NCBI GenBank assembly: GCA_964362915.1
Contig: CAYIGH010000002.1
Span: 16,757 to 73,623, forward strand
Length of the DNA stretch: 56,867 nt
Direction: 5' to 3'
Origin: Candidatus Woesearchaeota archaeon
GTDB lineage: Archaea > Nanobdellota > Nanobdellia > Pacearchaeales > GW2011-AR1
Position numbers and translations under genes: made by a program. The first letter of the stretch is position 1. The number at the start of each line of letters is the position of its first letter. The notes below the pieces were generated by a model, which was not told the origin of the DNA, did no database searches, and saw only the letters and a list, made by a program, of their open reading frames with translations. Shown one piece after another: positions 8,147 to 17,596 of this stretch.

Positions 8147-9016
8147 TTAGCCCAAAAACAGATTAGCCCCAGTAGAAACTAAAAATGCCGTCACAGCAAG
8201 TATAAAAGAATGTTTAATACCTGCTTTTATATTGCCTTCAGCAAGCTTGCCGATAGTCATCCCTGCCAAAAATCCCTGCGCTATTAAAAGAAATAAGAAA
8301 GGCCTGCCTAGTTGCTGTGCATTAAAGCCATCTTCAGAAGCTGCTTCAGCAGCCGGTATAGAAGTAAGATCGTCCAAAGTAAAATCTCCTAAGCTCCCAG
8401 CGCTTCCTGCAAGAGGGAGAATATGAAATTGCATAATAAGCATAATCCCAATAAATATAAAAAATATTATATATCCTTGCACAACAAGACTATATACAGC
8501 AGCCCTTCTTTCTTTCTTTAATTTATCAGCTTCATATATAGACTTTGCAACAGATTCCAGAATATAGTCAATCTCACCCCCTGCCCTTTCAGCTTCTCTT
8601 ATTAATGCAACAGCTCTTTTAACTACACTGCTTCCCACATCTTCAGCAAAAGTCTCCAGCGCTTTCCCAACAGGAATCCCTAAAGAAATTTGATTAGCTA
8701 ATTTTTCAACATGAGGGGTTAATTCGCCATAATTCTTCTTTTTTATATTAACAATGCTCTTGCTTACAGGCGTGCCAGTAGCGACACTTTCTGCCAAATT
8801 TCGAGAGAATTCTAAAAACATCTCTGTTATTCCTTGTTCCTTTTTATTTTCTAGAACAATTCCTATAACAAAAGGAAGAAATAAAATAGTAATAGATATC
8901 CCAAACAAAAACAAAAGCAAATTTAAATCTCTTCTTATTGCATAATAAACCACGTCTATTATTAGGAATACAACTGCGGAAATTATACCAAACCAATGCA
9001 TTCTTTTAAGTCCCAT
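8147..9016 (-). CDS. Type II secretion system F-domain platform protein (FlaJ/TadC-like), second half
   Basis: Polytopic membrane protein with a cytoplasmic helical T2SS-F-like block (ITEMFLEFSRNLAESVATGTPVSKSI...). Lies adjacent to the ATPase locus. Confidence 0.7.
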   Translation of the reverse strand: MGLKRMHWFGIISAVVFLIIDVVYYAIRRDLNLLLFLFGISITILFLPFVIGIVLENKKEQGITEMFLEFSRNLAESVATGTPVSKSIVNIKKKNYGELTPHVEKLANQISLGIPVGKALETFAEDVGSSVVKRAVALIREAERAGGEIDYILESVAKSIYEADKLKKERRAAVYSLVVQGYIIFFIFIGIMLIMQFHILPLAGSAGSLGDFTLDDLTSIPAAEAASEDGFNAQQLGRPFLFLLIAQGFLAGMTIGKLAEGNIKAGIKHSFILAVTAFLVSTGANLFLG

Positions 9017-9017
9017 T

Positions 9018-10343
9018 TTAGTATGAAGGCTGATTTAAATGAACGAATATAAGAAATACAATGTTTATAGCACTTATGACAGAAATAATTAATAAAGTTA
9101 GCTGTCCTGTCGATAGCCCAATATCAAAATTTCCCAAAGTAAGCATAATCAGAAGCAGCATTAGTATCATTGGAGCCGCAATCACTACGCTGATATAAAT
9201 ATCCATAAAAGTTTCAGCAGTTTTAGAATATTTCTGTCTTTCCAGGCGATAATCTGCTAATAAAGTTTCAGACCTCTTATTAAAAAACTCACTAAGGTCT
9301 CCGCCAGAAGTTATTGTTGTAGACAAGCCAGAAAACAATTCAGCAAGTTTTATGCTAGATGTCGTAGCAGCAGCATTATTCAATGCAGTAACTAGATCAT
9401 ATCCATACAAATTAATTTGGTTTAGAACCTTCCTTATCTCCTTTCTCAGATGAGGATACTCCTTACTTAGCCCAATTATTCTAAAGATCTCACTAGGTTG
9501 AATTCCAGATCCAGAAATAGCGCTCATATGGATTACAGCAAATGCCAATTCCTGATTTATTCTTTTAGCAAGAGATTTTTTTTCACTTACAGGATAATAG
9601 TAAAGAATTGTAAAAACAAGCAATGGAATAATGAGGGGGATCCAAAATATCTGAAATAGCCTATTTAAATAATTTCCCTCATAAAGAGTAAATATCGGCC
9701 AGCTTAAGCCAATATTAAAGAAAAATAATAGAGAAGTAATAACTAAAGAGACAATTATAGAAAAAAATACAGTAGTATATATTAGTGCAACATATGACCG
9801 AGATAAAATATCTATATTTGCTTTTTGCAACTCTTTTGCAAGTTTTTTATAGTGCCCCTTATTAATTGCTTTTAGAGCCCTATTCCAGAACATTTTATTG
9901 GATAACTTTAAATAACCTCTAGCAGCCTTAAACTCAGTATATTCTTCTTTAATTTGATGTCCTCTTTTTCTCAGTCTTTTTATATACATCTCTCTAATGC
10001 TTAATTCTTTAAGTAGCAGCTTCTTTTCTTTAGAAGGAATAGTTATATGAAATTGACCTTCACTTCTCGCAAAATTTATTCTTTCTAATTTCTTTGTATA
10101 TGAAGACCCTCCAGAAGCCTGATCCTTATCAAAAGATATTTCATTTAATAGAGCAGGAATAGAATCATTTACAATTCGCATGCTTTCCCTAAGAGAACTA
10201 ATTGCATTCATCAATAATTGTCTTTCTGTCGCTCCAGCAGAATCCAATTTCTCTGTATATATAGAAATTTCTCTAAGCATGCTAATTTCACTATCTATAT
10301 TTTTCTTTATGTCCTCAATCATAGTAGCTTTTTCAGATGCCAC
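9018..10343 (-). CDS. Type II secretion system F-domain platform protein (FlaJ/TadB-like) with N-terminal coiled-coil
   Basis: T2SS-F-like block (ELAFAVIHMSAISGSGIQPSEIFRII...) and TM helices. The track start is GTG; an internal ATG (MIEDIKK) is also possible. Confidence 0.7.
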   Translation of the reverse strand: MASEKATMIEDIKKNIDSEISMLREISIYTEKLDSAGATERQLLMNAISSLRESMRIVNDSIPALLNEISFDKDQASGGSSYTKKLERINFARSEGQFHITIPSKEKKLLLKELSIREMYIKRLRKRGHQIKEEYTEFKAARGYLKLSNKMFWNRALKAINKGHYKKLAKELQKANIDILSRSYVALIYTTVFFSIIVSLVITSLLFFFNIGLSWPIFTLYEGNYLNRLFQIFWIPLIIPLLVFTILYYYPVSEKKSLAKRINQELAFAVIHMSAISGSGIQPSEIFRIIGLSKEYPHLRKEIRKVLNQINLYGYDLVTALNNAAATTSSIKLAELFSGLSTTITSGGDLSEFFNKRSETLLADYRLERQKYSKTAETFMDIYISVVIAAPMILMLLLIMLTLGNFDIGLSTGQLTLLIISVISAINIVFLIFVHLNQPSY

Positions 10344-10480
10344 TGAAATTGCAGAATCTCTTTTTTAGTAGTATTTAGCATTTCAATATCTTTTTTTTCT
10401 TCAGCTTTCTCTAATCTGGATACAGCATCTTTCATACGGCTTAAAAGTTGAACTATAAGGCTTATTTCCTCTTTCTTCAT
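10319..10480 (-). CDS. Possible small coiled-coil protein (53 aa)
   Basis: ATG at 10480. MKKEEISLIVQLLSRMKDAVSRLEKAEEKKDIEMLNTTKKEILQF... lies between the ATPase and platform genes. ORF evidence only. Confidence 0.25.
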   Translation of the reverse strand: MKKEEISLIVQLLSRMKDAVSRLEKAEEKKDIEMLNTTKKEILQFQWHLKKLL

Positions 10481-10523
10481 ATTCAATATAACTAAGAATC
10501 ATTTATATACTTTTCAATTTTAG

Positions 10524-12050
10524 TTATCCCTGAATCCCATATTTAGTAAGAACTTCTAAAGAGTTTTTATAATAGTCATTTATAATCTTGCCAACCTCAT
10601 CAAAGCCAAAGATTCTTTGTCTATAAAGCTCGTACAATAGTCTCGCCCTGATCAAAAGCTCAGCTTGCAGTTTAACCAATGGAGTTCCTTTTCTAACAGA
10701 TATTTTCTCAAGCACCTTGCTTTGTTTTTTAAAGTAAAATCTATCATCGTTAGGACTCCAAATAAAGGGTGTATTTATTAAGGCAGTGCCATCTCTATTT
10801 ACGTTTACTATCTCAACTATTTCTCTGACTCTTCTTGTATCTTGCTTTTTTACAATTGCATGAGTTGCAATAACTACACAATCCAGCGAATTTACTAAAG
10901 TTGGCGACAATTCTATAGGAGGAGTTTGCAGTCTTCTTATCAAAGTATCTACAGAATCCGCATGAATAGTACTTAAAGAAGAATGTCCAGAAGCCATCCC
11001 TTGAAACAAAACGAATGCTTCCTTGCCCCTCACTTCCCCCACAATTAAATAATCAGGATTTTGTCTGAAGGAGCTCTTAAGAAGAGAAAATAAATCTACC
11101 TCTCCAATCTTTCCTATTCCTATGGAAGTTCTGGAAACAGCAGGGAGCCAATTCTCTCGAGGAATATTTAATTCGCGCGTGTCTTCTATGCTTACGACCC
11201 TCGCTTCCGGCGGAATAAAAAACGCAATAGCATTGAGTAAAGTAGTTTTCCCGGATGCAGTTCCGCCAGTGATTAAAATATTCGCTTTATTTTCAATTAA
11301 AAGCCAGAAATAGGCAAGCATTTCAGGGCTCAATGTTCCTAGCGCAATTAATTGCGATGGTGTCCAAGGCGTACGTGTAAACTTTCTTATGCTAAATGTA
11401 GGCCCTCTAGAAGTTACATCTTTTGTGTATGTGGCATTAACTCTAGACGAGTCGGGTAAAGATCCATCAAGCAAAGGCTGGGCATAAGAAATATACCTCC
11501 CTGACCTCTGAGCAAGTTTCTCAACAAAGCTCGCCAATTTATCAATATCCTTATATATAATATTCGTTCTTAAATTTCTATAAATTCTATGGACAATGTA
11601 AACAGGCGTATTTGCACCGTTGCATTCTATATCCTCAATAAAATAATCTCTTAATAAAGGGTCTATTTCATTAAGCCCGATAAAATCTCTAAATAAATAA
11701 TAAAATATCTTATCATAAGAATCTGCCCCAATCTTTATATTTAATTCATCAATCAATAGCCTTGCAGTTTTATCAATATATTCCGCAGTCGCCTCAATAG
11801 TGTTCTCAAGAGCAACATTTACGTTAATAAGCTCAAGCATAGCATTTTCAATTTCTTGCAAAGCGGTCTTTTCAAAATCCTGCAGGAAAGGTTCCTCTAC
11901 TTCATAAAGAAGCTCGCTCAACTTATTATCCCAATATATATGTGATGATGCAAATGGAGGAATTAGCATGTATCTTATATCTAATTGCCTTTTATCCTTC
12001 ACTCTTGGCAAGGAAGGGATAGGAGGATTAAGATTAATTGTTACTACCAT
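10524..12050 (-). CDS. Type II/IV secretion ATPase (FlaI/PilB/VirB11 family)
   Basis: Walker A GGTASGKTT, Asp/His boxes, FRQNPDYLIVGEVRGKEA. Confidence 0.9.
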   Translation of the reverse strand: MVVTINLNPPIPSLPRVKDKRQLDIRYMLIPPFASSHIYWDNKLSELLYEVEEPFLQDFEKTALQEIENAMLELINVNVALENTIEATAEYIDKTARLLIDELNIKIGADSYDKIFYYLFRDFIGLNEIDPLLRDYFIEDIECNGANTPVYIVHRIYRNLRTNIIYKDIDKLASFVEKLAQRSGRYISYAQPLLDGSLPDSSRVNATYTKDVTSRGPTFSIRKFTRTPWTPSQLIALGTLSPEMLAYFWLLIENKANILITGGTASGKTTLLNAIAFFIPPEARVVSIEDTRELNIPRENWLPAVSRTSIGIGKIGEVDLFSLLKSSFRQNPDYLIVGEVRGKEAFVLFQGMASGHSSLSTIHADSVDTLIRRLQTPPIELSPTLVNSLDCVVIATHAIVKKQDTRRVREIVEIVNVNRDGTALINTPFIWSPNDDRFYFKKQSKVLEKISVRKGTPLVKLQAELLIRARLLYELYRQRIFGFDEVGKIINDYYKNSLEVLTKYGIQG

Positions 12051-12085
12051 ATTTCAAATAAAACTCCTTATTATATAAAATTATC

Positions 12086-12652
12086 TTAAAGTTGTGTGAT
12101 ATCAATTCCATAAGCTTTATCCCCCTGCGCATTTATATCTTTTATTCCTTGATTTTCAATAGCAAACTTGTAAGGAATAGTAGAAGGATTGAACTTTTTT
12201 GTATTCTGCCCGCCATCAAAAGTCAAATCAGTCCCTAAACCATATTGCAGTGTAAGATTGACGCTATTAGTTCTTCTATCTTGTTCAGTCCTAAGCACAA
12301 CTCTTCCCAATGGAATATTAATGCCTGGCTGGCTGTAGGGCTTTGTCAAATCCCGCAAAACAAAAATAATCTTATTCATTTCAGAATCTATATATAATGA
12401 ACCCCTTTGCATGCTAAATTCAATAACTCTTTTATTGTATTGTCCTGTTTCAATTACTTCCTTAATCTTGCTATCAAATAAGTTTAAAGAAATAAGCGCC
12501 TGTTCAACTATAATTCTGTCTTTCCTCTCATTTATTTTTGGAATTATAAAAGATAAAACCAGCCCAATTAGAACAAGCCCAATCAAAATATATATAACAG
12601 TTTCCAGCCATACCTGTCCTTTTCCTTTAATTTTTCCCATTTTAACAGTCAA
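12086..12652 (-). CDS. Pilin-like protein with class III signal peptide
   Basis: KGKG/QVWLETVIYILIGLVLIGLVL has Glu at +5. Confidence 0.6.
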   Translation of the reverse strand: MTVKMGKIKGKGQVWLETVIYILIGLVLIGLVLSFIIPKINERKDRIIVEQALISLNLFDSKIKEVIETGQYNKRVIEFSMQRGSLYIDSEMNKIIFVLRDLTKPYSQPGINIPLGRVVLRTEQDRRTNSVNLTLQYGLGTDLTFDGGQNTKKFNPSTIPYKFAIENQGIKDINAQGDKAYGIDITQL

Positions 12653-13160
12653 TCATTTTTATTGAATCAGAAACATCACACACTCTTCCGCCTTCTAGAA
12701 CAGGATACACTTCCACTTTTTCATAATTATAATCTGAACTATAATTATAGCTTAGTGCAGAATATCTTCCTCCAGGACTAGGAACAATTATTTTGCCATT
12801 GCCTACATTATCAAACATTGCCAAATCACCTGCAGGATCACCACTCAATCCATCAACACTAATTGCATTGCCTCCGCCTAAAAATCTAAGTTTAAAACCC
12901 AAAACCTTTTCAGAGCTTGAATTATCCGCCCTTGCCTTTATTGTCAGGAGATATATATTGTTATTATTATCATAACAGTTATAATTAAAAGATTCATCAA
13001 ATGCAAAATAATCCCTGAATTTAAAGCATTCTGTACTTTCTAGAGATTTATCTGTAAAGGGAATAATAAAATTAGCCACAATTGCAACCGCACTTATAGT
13101 CAAAAGTATAAGCAATACACTTGCAACAATCGCAGATAATCCTCTTTTTTTTATTTTCAT
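12642..13160 (-). CDS. Archaeal type IV pilin (Pilin_N type N-terminus)
   Basis: MKIKKRG/LSAIVASVLLILLTISAVAIV. Confidence 0.7.
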   Translation of the reverse strand: MKIKKRGLSAIVASVLLILLTISAVAIVANFIIPFTDKSLESTECFKFRDYFAFDESFNYNCYDNNNNIYLLTIKARADNSSSEKVLGFKLRFLGGGNAISVDGLSGDPAGDLAMFDNVGNGKIIVPSPGGRYSALSYNYSSDYNYEKVEVYPVLEGGRVCDVSDSIKMIDC

Positions 13161-13166
13161 ATTAAT

Positions 13167-13643
13167 TTAGGCGACAACTTCTGCTAATTCAGCAAACTCA
13201 TCAGCACACACATGCTGTTTTTTATAATCGCCTGTTTCTCCTAAAATTATTGGAATAACAATAAATTCATCTCCTACATTAATGCTGCCTAAATTGAAAT
13301 TAAGGCTTCCGCTAGCTCCATTAGCCAGACCCCTATCAAAAAATCCTGCGCCAATTTTTTCCTCAGAACCGCTAATTTTTCTTCTAACCTCTAGGCCATA
13401 AAGAGGAACATTTCCTAAATTATTAATGTTAATCTTGCCTGTTCTTTCAACTTCAGCAACGAATTCAATATCATCGCAAAAAGATTCTATGGCTTCAGGC
13501 CCTCCTCCAAGGTCTTTTTGAATTTTTTCCCCAACCCATGTCCTAGCCCAAAGAAATATTATTATGGCCAATACAAAAGCTATAGATATCAGCAACACTG
13601 TAGCAATAACAGGTGATAATCCTCTTTTATTTACTAAAGCCAT
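13167..13643 (-). CDS. Archaeal type IV pilin (Pilin_N type N-terminus)
   Basis: MALVNKRG/LSPVIATVLLISIAFVLAIIIF. Confidence 0.7.
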   Translation of the reverse strand: MALVNKRGLSPVIATVLLISIAFVLAIIIFLWARTWVGEKIQKDLGGGPEAIESFCDDIEFVAEVERTGKININNLGNVPLYGLEVRRKISGSEEKIGAGFFDRGLANGASGSLNFNLGSINVGDEFIVIPIILGETGDYKKQHVCADEFAELAEVVA

Positions 13644-13682
13644 ATTTCTAGTAATCTATCTTTATTTAAAAACTTAATCACA

Positions 13683-14666
13683 TTAACAAGTTTGTACGGT
13701 TTTTTTAGTTATATACTCAAATGCAGAATAAGCCGCTGTACATCCCTCAGCAACCCCTGTAATTGCCTGTTTAAATGGCTTATCAGCAACATCCCCTGCC
13801 GCATATATGCCATGAATATTAGTTTCAGAAGTTTTATGGTCAATTATAATCTCTCCATCTTCATTCAATTTCACTCTTAATTTTTTAGCTAAATCAGATA
13901 AGGGAATATGCCCTATAGCAACAAAAACACCGTCCACATCTAATTCTTTAGTCCCTCTATATTCTCTATCTAAAAGGACAGATTTGACAAATTTATCCCC
14001 TTTAACCTCAACAATATTTGTTTTATTCATAATCTCTATATTTTTTGTTGCTAAAACACGGGCCATGTTAATCGGTTCAGGATGTATTTGCTCGCCCCTA
14101 TATATAATATAAACTTTTTTTACATGTTCTGCTAATACCAACGCATCTTTAGCAGCACTATCACTTCCTCCGACTAATGCAACTGTTTTTCCCTTAAATA
14201 ATACTCCGTCGCATAAGGCGCAGTAAGCCACACCACGATTCTCAAACTCCTTGCTTCCTGGCACATCCAATTTTCTCCACTTTGTGCCTGTTGCAAATAA
14301 AATAGTCTTTCCCTCATATAAATCTTTATTAGTCTTGACAGCAAAGCAAGATTTTTTCTTTTCAATATTTTCCGCCTTCTCTTCTTTTATCGTAACAAGC
14401 CCATAAGACAAAGCGTGATCTTTTATTTTATCTGATAATTCAGTTCCAGTTAATCTAATAAATCCCGGATAATTTTCAACAATATTTGTCGTTGTAATAA
14501 CTCCCCCAACAGGCAATTCGCTTCCGTGACTAGATCCCAAACATAATGTTTTCAATCCTAATCTTGCACCATACATGGCCGCCGCCAAGCCAGTAACCCC
14601 CGCGCCTAAAATAATAAGGCCATAATGCTTATTTTCAATTTTGTCTTGGCTCTTTTTCATTTTCAT
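13683..14666 (-). CDS. trxB: Thioredoxin-disulfide reductase
   Basis: FAD motif ILGAGVTGLAAA, redox-active CALCDG, second dinucleotide fold VALVGGSDSA, GIYAAGDV. Confidence 0.9.
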   Translation of the reverse strand: MKMKKSQDKIENKHYGLIILGAGVTGLAAAMYGARLGLKTLCLGSSHGSELPVGGVITTTNIVENYPGFIRLTGTELSDKIKDHALSYGLVTIKEEKAENIEKKKSCFAVKTNKDLYEGKTILFATGTKWRKLDVPGSKEFENRGVAYCALCDGVLFKGKTVALVGGSDSAAKDALVLAEHVKKVYIIYRGEQIHPEPINMARVLATKNIEIMNKTNIVEVKGDKFVKSVLLDREYRGTKELDVDGVFVAIGHIPLSDLAKKLRVKLNEDGEIIIDHKTSETNIHGIYAAGDVADKPFKQAITGVAEGCTAAYSAFEYITKKTVQTC

Positions 14667-14667
14667 T

Positions 14668-14910
14668 TTAATCCTTTATTTTCAGAATCTCCCTCAATCT
14701 AGATTCATCAAAGCCAACAATAATCTTCCCATCGATATCAACAACAGGCACACCCTGCTGTCTTGATTTCTTTATCATTTCTTCAGCCTTCTTCACGTCT
14801 CTTCCAACATCAAATTCCTTATATTTTATCTTATGCTCTTTGAAAAACTCTTTAGTCTTCCTGCACCATGGACAAAATTCAGTACTATAAATAATTACTT
14901 TCTTAGCCAT
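14668..14910 (-). CDS. Glutaredoxin-like small redox protein
   Basis: MAKKVIIYSTEFCPWCRKTKEFF has a CPWC active site, and GVPVVDIDGKIIVGF follows. The ATG at 14910 is preferred over the track start 14925. Confidence 0.85.
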   Translation of the reverse strand: MAKKVIIYSTEFCPWCRKTKEFFKEHKIKYKEFDVGRDVKKAEEMIKKSRQQGVPVVDIDGKIIVGFDESRLREILKIKD

Positions 14911-15138
14911 TTTCGAAACACCCAAGAATAAATATTATATAAACTATTCGTATACGCTGTTTATAAAAAAATAATGTAATTTTATGGTCAAATAGTATTT
15001 CTACCCGAAGCTAACTTTACAGCTCACTTTAATAGCAATATCCTCAATAGCTCCTCCTTGAATAACTTTTTTTACATCATCAGGCAAATCCATGTTTAAT
15101 TTTAAAAACTCTGACATTTATACTTAATTAAAACAAAG

Positions 15139-15612
15139 ATGGAGCAAAATTTAAAAAATTATCTAGAAAAATATAATATTAAATATGAAATATATCCACA
15201 TGAAGCAGTATTTACAGTAGCAGAATCTAAAAAAATAAAACAAAAGATCCCAGGATTGCATACAAAATGCCTTTTCCTAAAAGATGAATATTCACACTTT
15301 TATCTAATCTGTCTCTCTGCAGAAAAAAGATTAAATACCAATCAGCTAAGAAAGAAATTCAATTTAAAAGAGCTATATTTCGCCTCCCCAGAAGAATTAA
15401 AATCAAACTTAAATTTAACTCCTGGATCTGTTTCCCTATTCGGCATGATTTATTCAAATTCTGTCTTTTTAATTATAGACAAAGATCTTTGGGATGCAGA
15501 ATCAGTCGGATTTCATCCAAACATAAATACAGCAACAATAGTCTTAAATCACGAAAATCTTGAAAAGTTTTATAATTCTTTAAAAGCGAAAAAGGAAATA
15601 ATAGAATTATAA
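15139..15612 (+). CDS. YbaK/ProX-type aminoacyl-tRNA deacylase domain protein
   Basis: HTKCLFLKD, LNLTPGSVSLFG and GFHPN motifs typical of the YbaK/EbsC/ProX fold. Confidence 0.75.
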   Translation: MEQNLKNYLEKYNIKYEIYPHEAVFTVAESKKIKQKIPGLHTKCLFLKDEYSHFYLICLSAEKRLNTNQLRKKFNLKELYFASPEELKSNLNLTPGSVSLFGMIYSNSVFLIIDKDLWDAESVGFHPNINTATIVLNHENLEKFYNSLKAKKEIIEL

Positions 15613-16352
15613 TGGAAAGAAAATTTGCGCTTTTCTTCGCCATCGCAATAACTCTTTTAATAGCCATAAATGCATCTATCTTTTCAACTCAATTCTCTCC
15701 AGAAAGAGAGGAAGTAAAAATTCAAAGAATAATAGACGGCGACACATTAGAATTAGAAGATAGTAGAAAAATTAGGCTTTCAAATATAAATACCCCGGAA
15801 AAGAACATTCCAGGTAGCGAGTTAGCAACAGCCTACCTAAAACAATACGAAGATAAAATAGTGGAAATAGAAATAACAGGTTCAGACAAATATGGTAGAG
15901 TCTTGGCAAGAATTTTCGTTCCAGATTATTTAAATCTTGAATTAGTAAAAAGAGGACTTGCTGTAAAATATTTAGTTAAAGAAGAAGAAAAAAAGCTTTT
16001 TGCAGAAGCTGAAGAGTCAGCAATTAAATCTTCATTAGGAATCTGGAAAAAATCTCCCTATTATAATTGTTTAGAATCATTTATAAGCGAGAAAGAGGAG
16101 ATTGTAACAATATCAAATAAGTGCAATAAACTTAATATAGCCTCATGGATTCTAAAAGATGAAAGTAGAAAGCTTTACGTCTTCAAGGAAATAGAATTAG
16201 GAGTAATAAAGCTTCATACAGAGCAAGGAGAGGACAATGAAACAGATATATTCTGGAATTCTAAATCAGATATCTGGAACAATGACAGAGATACATTGTA
16301 TATGTACGATAAAGACTGGCAAATTATTCACTATAATTCTTATGGCTATTAG
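15612..16352 (+). CDS. Membrane-anchored staphylococcal-nuclease (SNase) homologue fused to a lamin-tail-like domain
   Basis: N-terminal TM. VKIQRIIDGDTLEL..IRLSNINTPE..KYGRVLARIF is the SNase core. The C-terminal EEIVTISNKCNKLNIASWILKD...WNNDRDTLYMYD pattern is LTD-like. Confidence 0.75.
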   Translation: MERKFALFFAIAITLLIAINASIFSTQFSPEREEVKIQRIIDGDTLELEDSRKIRLSNINTPEKNIPGSELATAYLKQYEDKIVEIEITGSDKYGRVLARIFVPDYLNLELVKRGLAVKYLVKEEEKKLFAEAEESAIKSSLGIWKKSPYYNCLESFISEKEEIVTISNKCNKLNIASWILKDESRKLYVFKEIELGVIKLHTEQGEDNETDIFWNSKSDIWNNDRDTLYMYDKDWQIIHYNSYGY

Positions 16353-17076
16353 TCTTTTCTTTATTTCTATCAATACTTCGTTAGCTTTAGAATTTCAATT
16401 AACATCCCCAGAATCAGTAAATGCAAAAGAATCTTTTACAGTTTCTATAGAGGCTAGTACATCTGAAAAATATGATGTAAAAATAACAGTCCAGGATTCT
16501 AATAAAAAAATAATATCAGAAATCTACAATGACGGCTGGAAAAATCCATATTATTATTTAAAATCAATCTTTTCAGACCAAAAAGAATTCAAAATCAGAG
16601 TTACAGGGAATCCAGGAAAATATGATATTTGTGCAAGATTAAGAAAAACAGGAAAAACAAGTTTTACAGAGCAATGCAAGGAAATAAATGTAAATCAGGC
16701 AGTCAATCCTGATTCAGACATAGAAGAGAAATCAGAAAAGAAATCATCAAAAAAATTAGAAGAAGATTCAGATGAAGATGACGATGAAAACGACGAAAAA
16801 GATAACGAAGACGAAGAAGATGAAGACCAAAAAGAAAATAACGTAAAATCAATTAATAATTCACAAACAACCAATAAGCAATATGAATCGTTATCATTGC
16901 AAAAAAAAGAAGAGCCAATTAAAGAAGAAAAAATAATATTAAACGAAAAAAACCTAACACTACAGGAGCAAACAACTTTTAATACAAAATACCAAACACA
17001 GCAAATCTATATTCTCTACTTCTTTCTAGCAGTTTGCATTGTAATAATTATTCTATTAGTGCTGAAAAGGTTATGA
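16342..17076 (+). CDS. Secreted, C-terminally anchored protein with acidic low-complexity stalk
   Basis: MAISLFFISINTSLALE signal-like start, a D/E-rich tract (EEDSDEDDDENDEKDNEDEEDED) and a C-terminal TM. The track start 16237 overlaps the nuclease gene, so the in-frame ATG at 16342 is preferred. Confidence 0.5.
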   Translation: MAISLFFISINTSLALEFQLTSPESVNAKESFTVSIEASTSEKYDVKITVQDSNKKIISEIYNDGWKNPYYYLKSIFSDQKEFKIRVTGNPGKYDICARLRKTGKTSFTEQCKEINVNQAVNPDSDIEEKSEKKSSKKLEEDSDEDDDENDEKDNEDEEDEDQKENNVKSINNSQTTNKQYESLSLQKKEEPIKEEKIILNEKNLTLQEQTTFNTKYQTQQIYILYFFLAVCIVIIILLVLKRL

Positions 17077-17113
17077 TATTAATCTTTAAAAACACGAAAG
17101 TTTTAAATCCATT

Positions 17114-17596
17114 ATGGATAAATTACAGGCAAATTTAATTCTTGAGATATTAGGAAGACCTAAAGAGCATATTTTAGAAGCATTAAACCAATTAGTTACA
17201 AGACTGAGTAATGAACATGGCATAAAAGTAATAGAAAAGAAAATTCATAATCCTATTGAAGTAGAAAACTCAAAAGACCTATTCACAACCTTTGCTGAAA
17301 TTTTAGTTGAACTAGAATCCATAGATAATTATCTAGGCATAATGTTCGGTTATATGCCCTCTAACATAGAATTAATAAACCCGGAGAAAATAACATTAAC
17401 AAATAAAGATTTTAATGAACTGGCGCATAAATTAATTTCTCGCCTTCATGATTACGACGCAATTACAAAAAAAGCCCTGATAGAAAATGAGATATTAGCA
17501 AAAAAGATGCAGGAAGAGAATCTCAAACTATCAAATCCTATGCAAAATAAGAAAGCAGAGCAAAAAACAGGAAAAAAACCCAAGAAAAAGAAATAA
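17114..17596 (+). CDS. Hypothetical protein (160 aa) with Lys-rich tail
   Basis: Intact ORF with host-like composition and no recognised motifs. Confidence 0.45.
   Translation: MDKLQANLILEILGRPKEHILEALNQLVTRLSNEHGIKVIEKKIHNPIEVENSKDLFTTFAEILVELESIDNYLGIMFGYMPSNIELINPEKITLTNKDFNELAHKLISRLHDYDAITKKALIENEILAKKMQEENLKLSNPMQNKKAEQKTGKKPKKKK

Noticed and set aside
15001-15117. 38-aa minus-strand ORF (MSEFLKLNMDLPDDVKKVIQGGAIEDIAIKVSCKVSFG) in the grx/ybaK intergenic region.
   Set aside because: It is too short, has no recognisable motif and no clear initiation signal. It cannot be supported from sequence alone.
16237-16341. The upstream extension of track ORF 16237-17076, overlapping the nuclease gene by 116 nt.
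   Set aside because: The in-frame ATG at 16342 gives a typical signal peptide start and only an 11-nt overlap.
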